Assembly: GCA_963850305.1 (NCBI GenBank)
Contig: CAWKKR010000001.1
Location: forward strand, 832,001-896,000
DNA: 64,000 bases
DNA from: an uncultured delta proteobacterium
Lineage (GTDB): Bacteria > Myxococcota_A > Polyangia > Polyangiales > Polyangiaceae
Direction of reading: 5' to 3'
The notes beneath the pieces were generated by a model, which had not been told where the DNA came from, made no database searches, and saw nothing but the letters and a program-made list of their open reading frames with translations. Positions within the stretch are counted from its first letter, which is position 1. Every line of letters begins with the position of its first letter. The position numbers were made by a program, and so were the translations under genes. This document shows, one piece after another, positions 27,301 through 34,755 of the stretch.

Positions 27301-29344
27301 CTCGGCGGCGTGCGACGGCTCGGGCTCGTGTCCCGCGAAGACGACTCAAGGCTGCTCGCCCGCGGTGTGCGGGCCGACGCAATGTGAAGGGTGCGAGACC
27401 GACGCGCAGTGCGGCACGGGCAAATTCTGTCGCGCCGGTGTCTGCTCGACCCTCACCGGCTCCGGCGGCACGTGCTCGCGCGACGCCGAGTGCTCGAGTG
27501 CGCACTGCGTGGATGGCGTCTGCTGCAACAGCGACTGCACCGGCCAGTGCGAGGCGTGCAATCTCACCGGCACGATCGGTGTATGCACGCCGGTACCCGC
27601 GGGCACGGCGCCCTCCGGCGCGCGCACGGCGTGCAACGGCACGGGCAATCAGTGCGGCGGCACCTGCGACGGCACCAACCCGCGGACGTGCGCCTACCCG
27701 GGGCCTGGCGTCTCGTGTCGCGCTCCGGATTGCCAGAACGACCGCGCCACCCTCGAGGCCTTCTGCGACGGCGCTGGCACCTGCCCCCCGATCGCCCAGC
27801 AGGACTGCCCCGCTGCCGACACCTGCGTCGGCACGCTCTGCTCGGGTCCAGGCTCTTGCACCGGCGACACCGACTGCAGCAGCACCCAGTACTGTTCCGG
27901 CGGCGTCTGCGTCCCGCAGAAGGACGTCGGCACTTCGTGCAACACCGCCGCCGAGTGCACTTCCAGCGAGTGCGTCGACGGCTATTGCTGCTCGAGCGCC
28001 TGCACCGGCCAGTGTCAGGCCTGCGACGTCAGTGGATTCGAGGGCATCTGCACTCCCGTCGGCGGCGCTCCCCACGGCTCCCGCAAGAGCTGCTCCAGCG
28101 ACGGCACCGTCTGCGCCGGTGCGTGCGACGGCTCCAATCCCACCGCCTGCGCCTACCCCGGAGCCGCCATCGGCTGCCGCGCCCCGAGCTGTGCCAACGG
28201 CGTCGCCACTCTCGGCGCTGCCTGCCAGGGCGACGGCTCGTGCGCGCCTCTCCAGCTCCAGAGCTGTGATCCGGTCGGCTGCGACACGAATAACGTCCAG
28301 TGTGCCGGCACCTGCACCATCGACTCCGATTGCCCTTCGGGCAACTACTGCTCCGCCGGCATCTGCGTCCCTGAGTCCTCCAACGGCGCCACCTGCGGCG
28401 CTGCCGCCCAGTGCGCCAGCGGCAACTGCGTCGACGGTGTCTGCTGCGATACCGCGTGCACGGGCCAGTGCGCTTCGTGCGACCGCGCCGGCGCTCCCGG
28501 CACCTGCGGCCCCGTCTCCGGTGCTCCCCGGGACGGCCGCCCCGCATGCCCCGGCTCCGGCGCTTGCGGCGGCTTCTGCGATGGCACCAACCAAAACTCC
28601 TGCTCGATGCCGAACCTCGACATCTCCTGCGGCGTCGCCTTCTGCGCCGGAGGCTTCTCCACTGCCATCCCCACCTGCAACGGCAACGGCCAGTGTCTCA
28701 TTCCCACCCCAACCAGTTGCGACCCTTACGAGTGTGACTCGTCGGGCCTCGGTTGCCTCTCCAGCTGCGTCGCCGACTCCGACTGCGCTCTCGGCCTCGT
28801 CTGCGTCGATGGCGCCTGCGCCCAGCCCTCCCCCTCTCCCGACGCCGGTAACGCCGACTCCGGCACCGATGCTTCCGTCAGTACCGGTGGTCGCTCCTCG
28901 CCCGACGCTGGACTCGGCGGCACTGGCGGCACCGGCGCCTCTCTCCGCGACGCGAGCGCCGCCGGTGCCGGGGGCCGCGCTGCCGGTGGTCAATCGGGCT
29001 CGGCCGGCAAACCCTCCGACGCCGGCTCGACCGCCGACGCCGGCTCCCCCGCCAAGCCCCGCATCCTCAACGCCCAGGACCGCGGAAGCTGCGGTTGCCG
29101 CGTCCCCGGCAGCGCCTCCACCTCCCGCTCGAACCCGGCCCCGCTCCTCGCTCTTCTCGCTCTCCTCGCTCTCCGTCGCAGGCGGTCGTCGACGACGAGT
29201 CGGGACCGGTCGAATCTTGCGGCTGAGCCCGGGCACTTTCGGGCAGGCGTCGCCTGCCGAGTCCTGACAGCAAACATTGGGCTATTCTTCCCGGCCCCCG
29301 ATGCGGACGGACGAGGAACTCATGTCGGCCTACGTCAAAGGTGA
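21323..29344 (+). CDS. Giant Cys/Thr-rich surface protein (~2670 aa): DNRLRE-like N-domain, tandem Cys repeats, MYXO-CTERM anchor
   Basis: Start MRKLVVAF...ARADK; ARALVHFDVSSIPTTATITGVTV; repeats CSDGNACTxGDHC; tail GSCGCRVPG...LLALLALRRRR; 3' end overlaps the sigma gene and is uncertain. Confidence 0.88.
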   Translation: MRKLVVAFATVLTGWLSASGARADKTLQVVANYDASMVDGSSTTITTNTNNTADGAGHNLFSGGATANGIGLARALVHFDVSSIPTTATITGVTVALQVNKRSTGATATTYQLRAPALTTWNEGTSVGATTVGATTYGTPEVAFAGATTGDATWNCARRCETVPCIVGGATCPGGAWLGGGASGTGTLNATQQSATEEAGATGTLPFSLSFSSNATLVATVQSWVDGSANGGWLVEGDSAAGNNRMFTSHNASGTVNVAPTITVTYKLADNATCSSAADCEGGFCVNSFCCDSACNTPGTCQTTPPTSCCVYGSASSSTTCSDGNACTVGDHCSGSGSCTSGTSTTCTSPPTCYTGTGTCNTSTGVCSYTPASSSTSCSDGNACTVGDHCDGSGSCTSGTSTTCTSPPTCYTGTGTCNTSTGVCSYTPASSSTSCSDGNACTVGDHCDGSGSCTSGATTSCTSPPTCYTGTGTCNTSTGVCSYTPASSSTSCSDGNACTVGDHCDGSGSCTSGATTSCTSPPTCYDSPGTCNTSTGACSYTPSSSSTSCSDGNACTVGDHCSGSGSCTSGTSTTCTSPPNTQCYNTTGACNTSTGACSYTPLSSTTSCSDGNACTSGDHCDGAGNCSSGTTVTTCTSPPNTQCYNTTGACNTSTGACSYTPLSSTTSCSDGNACTSGDHCDGAGTCDSGTTVTTCTSPPNTQCYNTTGTCNTSTGICGYTPLASTTSCSDGNACTSGDHCDGAGTCDSGTTVTTCTSPPNTQCYNTTGTCNTSTGICGYTPLASTTSCSDGNACTSGDHCDGAGTCDSGTTVTTCTSPPNTQCYNTTGICNTSTGICGYTPLASTTSCSDGNACTSGDHCDGAGTCDSGTTVTTCTSPPNTQCYNTTGICNTSTGICGYTTKTDGTLCNDGKTCTLGEFCTAGTCGGGTAPDCSSFNDQCNTGVCVEPGGCQAQANTNAPCSDGSFCTSGDKCTNSGTCVGTAVDCDDGNPCTTDTCIAASGCSNVGFTGSAAGCTADSNPCTIDSCVSGVCHSPVADGTSCGAAASCSGAAGSASEIPAVSCASGVCPSQTPISCGASPCNAGGTACEGACASDTDCSSLATPPGYYCAASTCTPKGAAGNPCTLADQCQAGLTCADGVCCTGTGPAGSTCGNGDPNDCVTCNGTAPGTCTTVADATKCDDGIYCNGTDKCKTGACTVHAGNPCPGPDGTSNCANSCSESGKTCTANDPDGSGCNDGKFCTVGDSCASGVCVGGARDCSAFTDQCNTGVCNESAASCQASPISGTSCTDGNACTTGDECLSGSCTPTGTVSCATPPNACYAATGTCNTTNGTCSYTPLSSATTCSDGNACTAGDHCSGSGTCLSGTTVTSCTTPPNTQCYDTAGTCNTTTGVCAYTPKANTTSCSDGNACTAGDHCDGAGTCVAGSTVTSCTTPPNTACYAATGTCNTTTGACSYTALSSATTCSDGNACTAGNHCNGSGTCLSGTTVTSCNSPPNTQCYDAAGTCDTTTGVCAYSPLANTTTCTDGNACTVGDHCDGSGNCSSGAATVCNTPPNSCQTTPGTCNPASGSCSYPSVSNTTPCGSPAACTVTGGTASTILAVTCNNGACPVQTPISCGANPCNAMGTGCQGPCAIDTDCPPAFYCNATSQCVPTIGAGTQCTRSTECQTGLTCVDGVCCTGKGAGDTCGNGDPNDCVTCNGTTPGTCTALADAASCDDGVFCDGKDSCASGACSTHTGNPCPGPDGDSNCAESCSEGGKTCTANDPDSSPCEDGSLCTTGDTCHGGLCVSGPPPVCNDGLPCTVDSCDPAKGCIAPAGNRGTPCGVPASCATGQETIAPVCDGTSSTCPAATTQSCGLYACGGTVCLTSCAADGDSDCAQGNYCAASNQCTPKGKAGDACATGDQCLSSSCADGVCCNSDCTGQCEACNLTGTVGVCTAVIGKPVTPRAACIGDGTGCDGTCDGTDRQACTMPGKATQCRAPSCDMPSETATLSAACDGSGSCPAKTTQGCSPAVCGPTQCEGCETDAQCGTGKFCRAGVCSTLTGSGGTCSRDAECSSAHCVDGVCCNSDCTGQCEACNLTGTIGVCTPVPAGTAPSGARTACNGTGNQCGGTCDGTNPRTCAYPGPGVSCRAPDCQNDRATLEAFCDGAGTCPPIAQQDCPAADTCVGTLCSGPGSCTGDTDCSSTQYCSGGVCVPQKDVGTSCNTAAECTSSECVDGYCCSSACTGQCQACDVSGFEGICTPVGGAPHGSRKSCSSDGTVCAGACDGSNPTACAYPGAAIGCRAPSCANGVATLGAACQGDGSCAPLQLQSCDPVGCDTNNVQCAGTCTIDSDCPSGNYCSAGICVPESSNGATCGAAAQCASGNCVDGVCCDTACTGQCASCDRAGAPGTCGPVSGAPRDGRPACPGSGACGGFCDGTNQNSCSMPNLDISCGVAFCAGGFSTAIPTCNGNGQCLIPTPTSCDPYECDSSGLGCLSSCVADSDCALGLVCVDGACAQPSPSPDAGNADSGTDASVSTGGRSSPDAGLGGTGGTGASLRDASAAGAGGRAAGGQSGSAGKPSDAGSTADAGSPAKPRILNAQDRGSCGCRVPGSASTSRSNPAPLLALLALLALRRRRSSTTSRDRSNLAAEPGHFRAGVACRVLTANIGLFFPAPDADGRGTHVGLRQR
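22280..24030 (+). repeat. Intragenic tandem array, 10 units of 171-180 bp
   Basis: GACGGCAACGCCTGCACC recurs at ~22289, 22460, 22631, 22802, 22973 (171-bp period) and 23150, 23330, 23510, 23690, 23870 (180-bp period); several units near-identical. Confidence 0.93.
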
Positions 29345-29849
29345 CGCGGCGGCGTTTCGCGTTCTCTTCAATCGTCACTCGCCCGTACTGCTGCGAGTCA
29401 TGCGACATCAGCTCCGTCGACCGGAGGATGCCCGGGATCTGGTGCAGCAAACGTTCTTGCAACTGCACCGGAGCCGCCTCGATTTTCGAGAGGGAGCGCA
29501 GCTCAAGCCCTGGCTCTTCACGATCGCAATGAATCTGAAACGCGAATACTTCCGCCGCGTCGGCCGGCGACCCGAGAGCCAGCTCGAGTTCGACGGTCAC
29601 GACGACCCTGCCGTCGGTCCGCGCGATTACGAAAGACTGGAGGCGAGTAACGCGCTGGAGTTCGCGTTGACCCGGCTCCCGGAGGATCAACGCGCCGTCA
29701 TCAGCTTGCACTGGCTCGCCGGGATCCCGCTACCCGAAGTCGCGGAACTGGTGGGTGCGAGCTTGAGCGCCGTCAAGGTGCGCGCGCACAGGGGCTATGC
29801 TGCAATGCGACATGTGCTCGGGCCTCCTCGTAACCCGGAGGACCGATGA
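29301..29849 (+). CDS. ECF RNA polymerase sigma-70 factor
   Basis: MRTDEELM..GDAAAF; region 2 DARDLVQQTFL..WLFTIAMN; region 4 LPEDQRAVI..EVAELVGASLSAVKVRAHRG. Confidence 0.93.
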   Translation: MRTDEELMSAYVKGDAAAFRVLFNRHSPVLLRVMRHQLRRPEDARDLVQQTFLQLHRSRLDFREGAQLKPWLFTIAMNLKREYFRRVGRRPESQLEFDGHDDPAVGPRDYERLEASNALEFALTRLPEDQRAVISLHWLAGIPLPEVAELVGASLSAVKVRAHRGYAAMRHVLGPPRNPEDR

Positions 29850-30640
29850 CGCATAACCCTCCCGTGGACGACGCTGATTGCGTGGGCGTGAAGGAGGCTC
29901 TCTCGCGCGGCGAGCCCCTCTCCGCTGCCCTTCAGAAGCATTCCGCGAACTGCCCCATTTGCGGGACCGAGAGAGCGCGGGAAATGGAAGGAACAGGCGC
30001 CCTTTTCGCGACAATCCAGGAAGCCATCCAGCGCGAGCGCGGTCCCCGCGCCTGGCTCCGGAGCCTGCCGACCCGGACGCGCATGGCCGGTGTTGCGATG
30101 TGGGCGGCGCTGCTCATCACCGCGGTGGCGATTGTCACGCCGCGCGCGGCTCGCGGCCCCGTGCCGCTTTTCCGCGTCGTTCCGGTGGTCGCGGCCCTCG
30201 CGGCGCTGGCGACCGTCGCGCTCCGGATCGTGCTGCGTCCGCTGCAATCGCCGCCGCCGAGTCGCCGGGAGATCGCGACCTGTTTCGTCGCCGGCTTGCT
30301 CGCGCCTGCCGTCTTTGCGCTCCTGCCTGGCCCGGGTCCCGCCGTTACCTCGATCGCTGGCTTCAGTAGCTGCACGGCGACGACGGGCTGCTTCGTCATC
30401 GGGCTCGTTCCGGGGGCACTCGTGCTCGTCGCGTTGCGCCTTCTCGACCGCGGCGGCTACGGTTCGCGCGACGGCGCGTTCATCGCCGCGATCACCGGCG
30501 GGCTCGTGGGCAACATCGCGCTCGAGCTCCATTGCCCCATCACGACGCCCCAGCACCTGCTGCTCGGGCACGCGACGGTCGGTGTCGCACTGGTGCTCGG
30601 CTACCACGCACTGACGTTCGGCCGAGCGCGCCCGACCTGA
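29846..30640 (+). CDS. Membrane anti-sigma factor, NrsF/DUF1109-like
   Basis: ATGA overlap with sigma; N-terminal HxxxCxxC (HSANCPIC); multiple TMs; LHCP...HLLLGH motif. Confidence 0.75.
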   Translation: MTHNPPVDDADCVGVKEALSRGEPLSAALQKHSANCPICGTERAREMEGTGALFATIQEAIQRERGPRAWLRSLPTRTRMAGVAMWAALLITAVAIVTPRAARGPVPLFRVVPVVAALAALATVALRIVLRPLQSPPPSRREIATCFVAGLLAPAVFALLPGPGPAVTSIAGFSSCTATTGCFVIGLVPGALVLVALRLLDRGGYGSRDGAFIAAITGGLVGNIALELHCPITTPQHLLLGHATVGVALVLGYHALTFGRARPT

Positions 30641-30659
30641 GGCGAATCGGCGCCGCGAG

Positions 30660-31484
30660 TCAGCGCGAGCGGAGCGACGTGAAGACGGTCCTCGTCGCGG
30701 TCTCCGGAGGTACGCTCGCGGCCCCGGGCCACTTCGCTTTCGGCATCGGAAAGCCAGGCCGCGCGAAAATGTACCCCTGTCCATATTCGACACCCGTGTC
30801 GGCGATGGCAGCGAGCTCGCCGACGGTCTCGATACCCTCTGCGACGACCTTCGCCTCCAGCTCGGTGCAGAGCGCGACGACGTGACGCACCAGGATCTGC
30901 TGCCTGCGACTCTTGTCGAGACCGGTAATCAGGGCGCGATCGAGCTTCACGACATGGGGTTCCAGGTCCAGGATGCGCTTCAAATTGGAGTGCCCCGCGC
31001 CGAGGTCGTCGACGGCGAGGAACACATTTCCGCGCGCGCTCACCTCGCGCAGGACGGAGCGGCAGAGATCGTAATGCGTGAACGCGGCCGACTCCGTGAT
31101 CTCCACGAACACATGGTGATCGTGCAGATAGAGCGGGTCGTCCGGACGCACGAGCCATCTCTCGGTCAGCTCGTCGGGGTGGACGTTGACGAAGAGGGGC
31201 ACACCCGCTCCGCGTTCGAACGTGACGTCGCGGATCAATCGACCGAGCCGCCCGCAGGCCTTCTCGCGCGAGGCGGCGACGAAGAGCTCGGTAGGGTTCG
31301 AGTACTCCGGCCATTTGCACCGCGTGAGCGCCTCGTACGCGAAGATCTGATGCGTGCGGAGCTCGACGATCGGCTGGAACACGACGTCGACGTCGGCGAG
31401 CGCGAGAGCTCGAACGTCCCGCGCCCCGGATGATTTCGGGTCATGACCCGACAGGGTCCAGCGCTTGGGACGGGAGCTCGTCAT
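30660..31484 (-). CDS. Stand-alone EAL-domain c-di-GMP phosphodiesterase
   Basis: FQPIV, YEALTR, FVNV, EITE, DDLGAGHS, KLD, AEGIET, GQGY motifs. Confidence 0.9.
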   Translation of the reverse strand: MTSSRPKRWTLSGHDPKSSGARDVRALALADVDVVFQPIVELRTHQIFAYEALTRCKWPEYSNPTELFVAASREKACGRLGRLIRDVTFERGAGVPLFVNVHPDELTERWLVRPDDPLYLHDHHVFVEITESAAFTHYDLCRSVLREVSARGNVFLAVDDLGAGHSNLKRILDLEPHVVKLDRALITGLDKSRRQQILVRHVVALCTELEAKVVAEGIETVGELAAIADTGVEYGQGYIFARPGFPMPKAKWPGAASVPPETATRTVFTSLRSR

Positions 31485-31606
31485 GATCGCAATCGTAGGA
31501 TCCGGGGCCCACGCCCTTCTATCACTCTAGCAATTTCTCCGCCCGAGGCGACGTTTCCTTTTCTCGACCTGAACGGCTCGGGTAGGATTCACGCGAACTT
31601 GGACGA

Positions 31607-33007
31607 ATGACTCCCGCGACAGACGAACACCCCGGGAGCTCTAACCGATCGGTTCGCGTCGCGGTCGTCGGTTCCGGGCCCGCCGGATTCTACACCACCG
31701 ACGCACTCATCAAACAGCGGGACGTTCACTTCGAAGTCGACCTGTTCGAGCGACTCGCAGCCCCGTACGGACTCGTACGTTACGGAGTCGCTCCGGATCA
31801 CCAGAAGATCAAGAGCGTGACGACGGCGTACGACAAGGTCGCACAAGATCCCAGGGTTCGCTTCCTCGGCAACGTCCACGTCGGAAAGGACGTGTCCGTC
31901 GAGGAGCTGCTGACCCACTACGACCAGGTCGTCTTCGCGGTGGGCTGTCAGACGGATCGACGGCTCGGGATCCCGGGCGAAGAGCTGCCGGGAAGCCACG
32001 CGGCTACGAGCTTCGTCGCGTGGTACAATGGGCACCCGGATTTCCGCGAGTACCCGGTGAACCTCGACGTGGAGCGTGCGGCGATCGTCGGTATGGGTGA
32101 CGTCGCGATGGATCTCACCCGCATGCTCCTCCAGCCGGTCGAGGAGCTCGCGAGGACGGACGTCGCGAACCATGCGCTCGACGTATTTCGTGGGAGCCGC
32201 GTGCGCGAGGTGGTCCTCCTCGGACGCCGCGGACCGGCGCAGGCCGCGTTCGCCACCAAGGAACTCGAGGACATCGCGTGCCTGCCCGACGTCACGGTGT
32301 CAATCGATGCGGCCCAGGTGCGGGCCGATCGAGAAGATGAAAACGCGCTCGATGGGCTGACGAAGCGGAAACTCGACTTCCTGTCGAAGCTGGCGGGGCG
32401 ACCCTCGGAGCCGCGATCGAAGCAAGTGCGCTTCCGCTTTCTCGTGTCGCCGGTCGAGATCACCGCGGCGAACGGCCGCGTCTCGGGCATCGTCGTCGAG
32501 CACAACGAGGTCGTTCGGGACGCGAGCGGGCGAGTCTCCGCGCGGGGCACGGGACAGCTCGAGGCGATTCCCGTCGGACTCGTCTTTCGCTCGGTCGGGT
32601 ATCGTGGGGTTCCGATCGTGGGGCTGCCATTCGACGAGACCAAGGGCATCGTGCCGAATCGAGACGGCCGCGTCGTGCGGGACGGAACCCCCGTGCCGCA
32701 CGTCTATGTTTCGGGCTGGATCAAGCGCGGCCCTTCGGGCGTCATCGGGACGAACAAGAGCGACGCGGCCGCGACGGTTCAGCGAATGGTCGAAGACGCG
32801 CGTGGGGATGGGCGGGAATCGCGAAAGACCAGGGACGCTTTCGACGCGCTCCTTCGCGAACGTGGAATTCGCGTCGTCAGCTGGAAAGACTGGCAGACAC
32901 TCGACCGGATCGAACGAGAGCGCGGAAAGTCCGCGGGCAAGGTCCGCGAGAAGCTCACGCTCCCGAGCGACGTCCGGGCGGCACTCGGCGACCACGGCTC
33001 TGGATAG
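31607..33007 (+). CDS. Ferredoxin--NADP+ reductase (adrenodoxin reductase/FprA type)
   Basis: GSGPAGFY, PYGLVRYGVAPDH, FVAWYNGHP, GRRGPAQAAF, GWIKRGPSGVIGTNK. Confidence 0.92.
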   Translation: MTPATDEHPGSSNRSVRVAVVGSGPAGFYTTDALIKQRDVHFEVDLFERLAAPYGLVRYGVAPDHQKIKSVTTAYDKVAQDPRVRFLGNVHVGKDVSVEELLTHYDQVVFAVGCQTDRRLGIPGEELPGSHAATSFVAWYNGHPDFREYPVNLDVERAAIVGMGDVAMDLTRMLLQPVEELARTDVANHALDVFRGSRVREVVLLGRRGPAQAAFATKELEDIACLPDVTVSIDAAQVRADREDENALDGLTKRKLDFLSKLAGRPSEPRSKQVRFRFLVSPVEITAANGRVSGIVVEHNEVVRDASGRVSARGTGQLEAIPVGLVFRSVGYRGVPIVGLPFDETKGIVPNRDGRVVRDGTPVPHVYVSGWIKRGPSGVIGTNKSDAAATVQRMVEDARGDGRESRKTRDAFDALLRERGIRVVSWKDWQTLDRIERERGKSAGKVREKLTLPSDVRAALGDHGSG

Positions 33008-33061
33008 TCCGCGTCGTGGGCTCGCGAAATGCGTCCCGTTGGTGTTACGCTCGGCGAGACC

Positions 33062-34093
33062 ATGCGGAAGAAGACGAACCTCGGCATGATCGCGACGGCA
33101 GTGGCCCTCGCGATTGCCTCCGCGACACCGCGCGCCGAAGCGCAGACGAACGCTGACAAGGCGGCGGCCGAAGCGCTGTTCCAGGCGGGCCGCACCTTGA
33201 TGGACCAGGGGAAGTACGCGGACGCCTGCACGAAACTGGAGGCCAGTCAGCGGCTCGACTCCGGTCTCGGCACGCTCCTTTACCTGGCGGAATGCTACGA
33301 GAAGGCGGGGCGGCTGGCGAGCGCCTGGGCCAATTTCCGCGAGGCCGAGTCGATCGCCATGGGGCGCGGCGATCAAGGGCGAGCGACGATCGCACGACAG
33401 CGTTATTCCGCCATCGAACCGCGCCTCTCGAAGCTCTGGATCAAGGTCGCCGACGGCAACGACCCTGCAACTCAGGTCAAGCGTGACGGCGAGGACATTC
33501 CTCGTGCCTCGTGGGGGCTTGCGCTGCCGATCGACGCTGGCGATCACACTATCAACGCGATGGCGCCTGGGCGGAAACTGTGGTCGACCCAGATCGTCGT
33601 GGCGGGCGAAGGCGCCAACGTTCCGGTGGAGATTCCGGTTCTCGAGGTCGTGCCCGCCGCGGCACCGCCTCCAGCGCCGAGGGCTCCCACGCCAGCACCA
33701 GGTCCGTCTCCGAAGGACCACGCGCCGGGAGGCTCAGACGGCTTGAAACCGGTGGCTCTCGTCTTGGGGGGAGTCGGCGTCGCGGGGCTCGCGCTGGGCT
33801 CCTATTTTGGATTGCGCGCGAAGGCGAAGAACACGGACTCTCTGTCGGATTGCGAGAAGGGCAACACGAACCTTTGCACACAAGCGGGTGTCGATCTGCG
33901 AAACGAGGCGCTATCCTCCGCACGGACGAGCACGGCGTTCCTGATCGGGGGAGGCGCGCTGCTCGCGGGAGGCGTCGTGCTCTATCTGATCGCTCCTTCG
34001 TCGAAATCGTCGACGGGCTCGAGAGATGGTATCCGCATCGCGGCAAGTGGAGCGCCTGGCGGAGGCAACATCAGCGTCTTGGGAGCATTCTGA
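33062..34093 (+). CDS. Secreted TPR/PEGA-like protein (myxobacterial type)
   Basis: Signal peptide; AAAEALFQAGR..ACTKLEASQRLD..GTLLYLAECYE; PIDAGDHTI; C-terminal hydrophobic segments ending GAF. Confidence 0.8.
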   Translation: MRKKTNLGMIATAVALAIASATPRAEAQTNADKAAAEALFQAGRTLMDQGKYADACTKLEASQRLDSGLGTLLYLAECYEKAGRLASAWANFREAESIAMGRGDQGRATIARQRYSAIEPRLSKLWIKVADGNDPATQVKRDGEDIPRASWGLALPIDAGDHTINAMAPGRKLWSTQIVVAGEGANVPVEIPVLEVVPAAAPPPAPRAPTPAPGPSPKDHAPGGSDGLKPVALVLGGVGVAGLALGSYFGLRAKAKNTDSLSDCEKGNTNLCTQAGVDLRNEALSSARTSTAFLIGGGALLAGGVVLYLIAPSSKSSTGSRDGIRIAASGAPGGGNISVLGAF

Positions 34094-34749
34094 TGCAAAG
34101 CGGCAAAATTGTCTCGATCTGCCTGGCGCTCCTCGTCACGGCGTCCTGCGCCGACGTGCTTGGCATCGACGAGGCGACGCTCGAGGCGAGCACTGGCGGC
34201 GGCACGGGCTCGGGAGGTGCCGGCGGCGCGGCAGCGGATGGCGGCACCTTTCCACCCGGGCTCTGCGGAGAGTATTGCGCATCCGTTCTGAAGAACTGCA
34301 CCGAAGCCAACGAGCTCTACACGTCGCCACAGATCTGTCTCGACGTCTGTAAGCTGCTCCCCGCGGGAACCAAGGACGACACGAGCGGTAACACCGTCGG
34401 GTGCCGGCTCCATTACTCCGAAGAAATCCCGGTCGTGGGCGAGCGGGAAACCAACTGTCCGGCGGCCGGGCCTGGCGGCAACGGTGTATGCGGCACGGAC
34501 TGCGAAGGATTTTGCTCGATCGCCATGGGCGCCTGCACGGGCACGAACGTCCAATATTCGAGCGCCGCGGACTGCGCAACCGGATGCGCGACGGTTCCCG
34601 ACCCGGGTGGCTACAACGACTCCGTGCCGAATCAGACTGGTAATTCAGTGCAGTGCCGCCTCTATCACGCGAGCGCGGCGTCCTTCGATCCCAAGTTTCA
34701 CTGCCCGCACACCAACATCAACGTTGCTGGACCCTGTTCCGCCCCGTAG
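34093..34749 (+). CDS. Cys-rich lipoprotein with two internal repeats
   Basis: TGATG coupling; lipobox TASC; duplicated CxxYC..C...Y.S..C...GN(T/S)V.CRL.H unit. Confidence 0.75.
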   Translation: MQSGKIVSICLALLVTASCADVLGIDEATLEASTGGGTGSGGAGGAAADGGTFPPGLCGEYCASVLKNCTEANELYTSPQICLDVCKLLPAGTKDDTSGNTVGCRLHYSEEIPVVGERETNCPAAGPGGNGVCGTDCEGFCSIAMGACTGTNVQYSSAADCATGCATVPDPGGYNDSVPNQTGNSVQCRLYHASAASFDPKFHCPHTNINVAGPCSAP

Positions 34750-34755
34750 AGCGAG

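Noticed and set aside
29205..29344. Third GATC-type frameshift (CGAATCTT) that would stop the giant protein at 29267 and remove the overlap with sigma
   Set aside because: Possible, but there is no homology-based support; GAATC is common, so it was not counted
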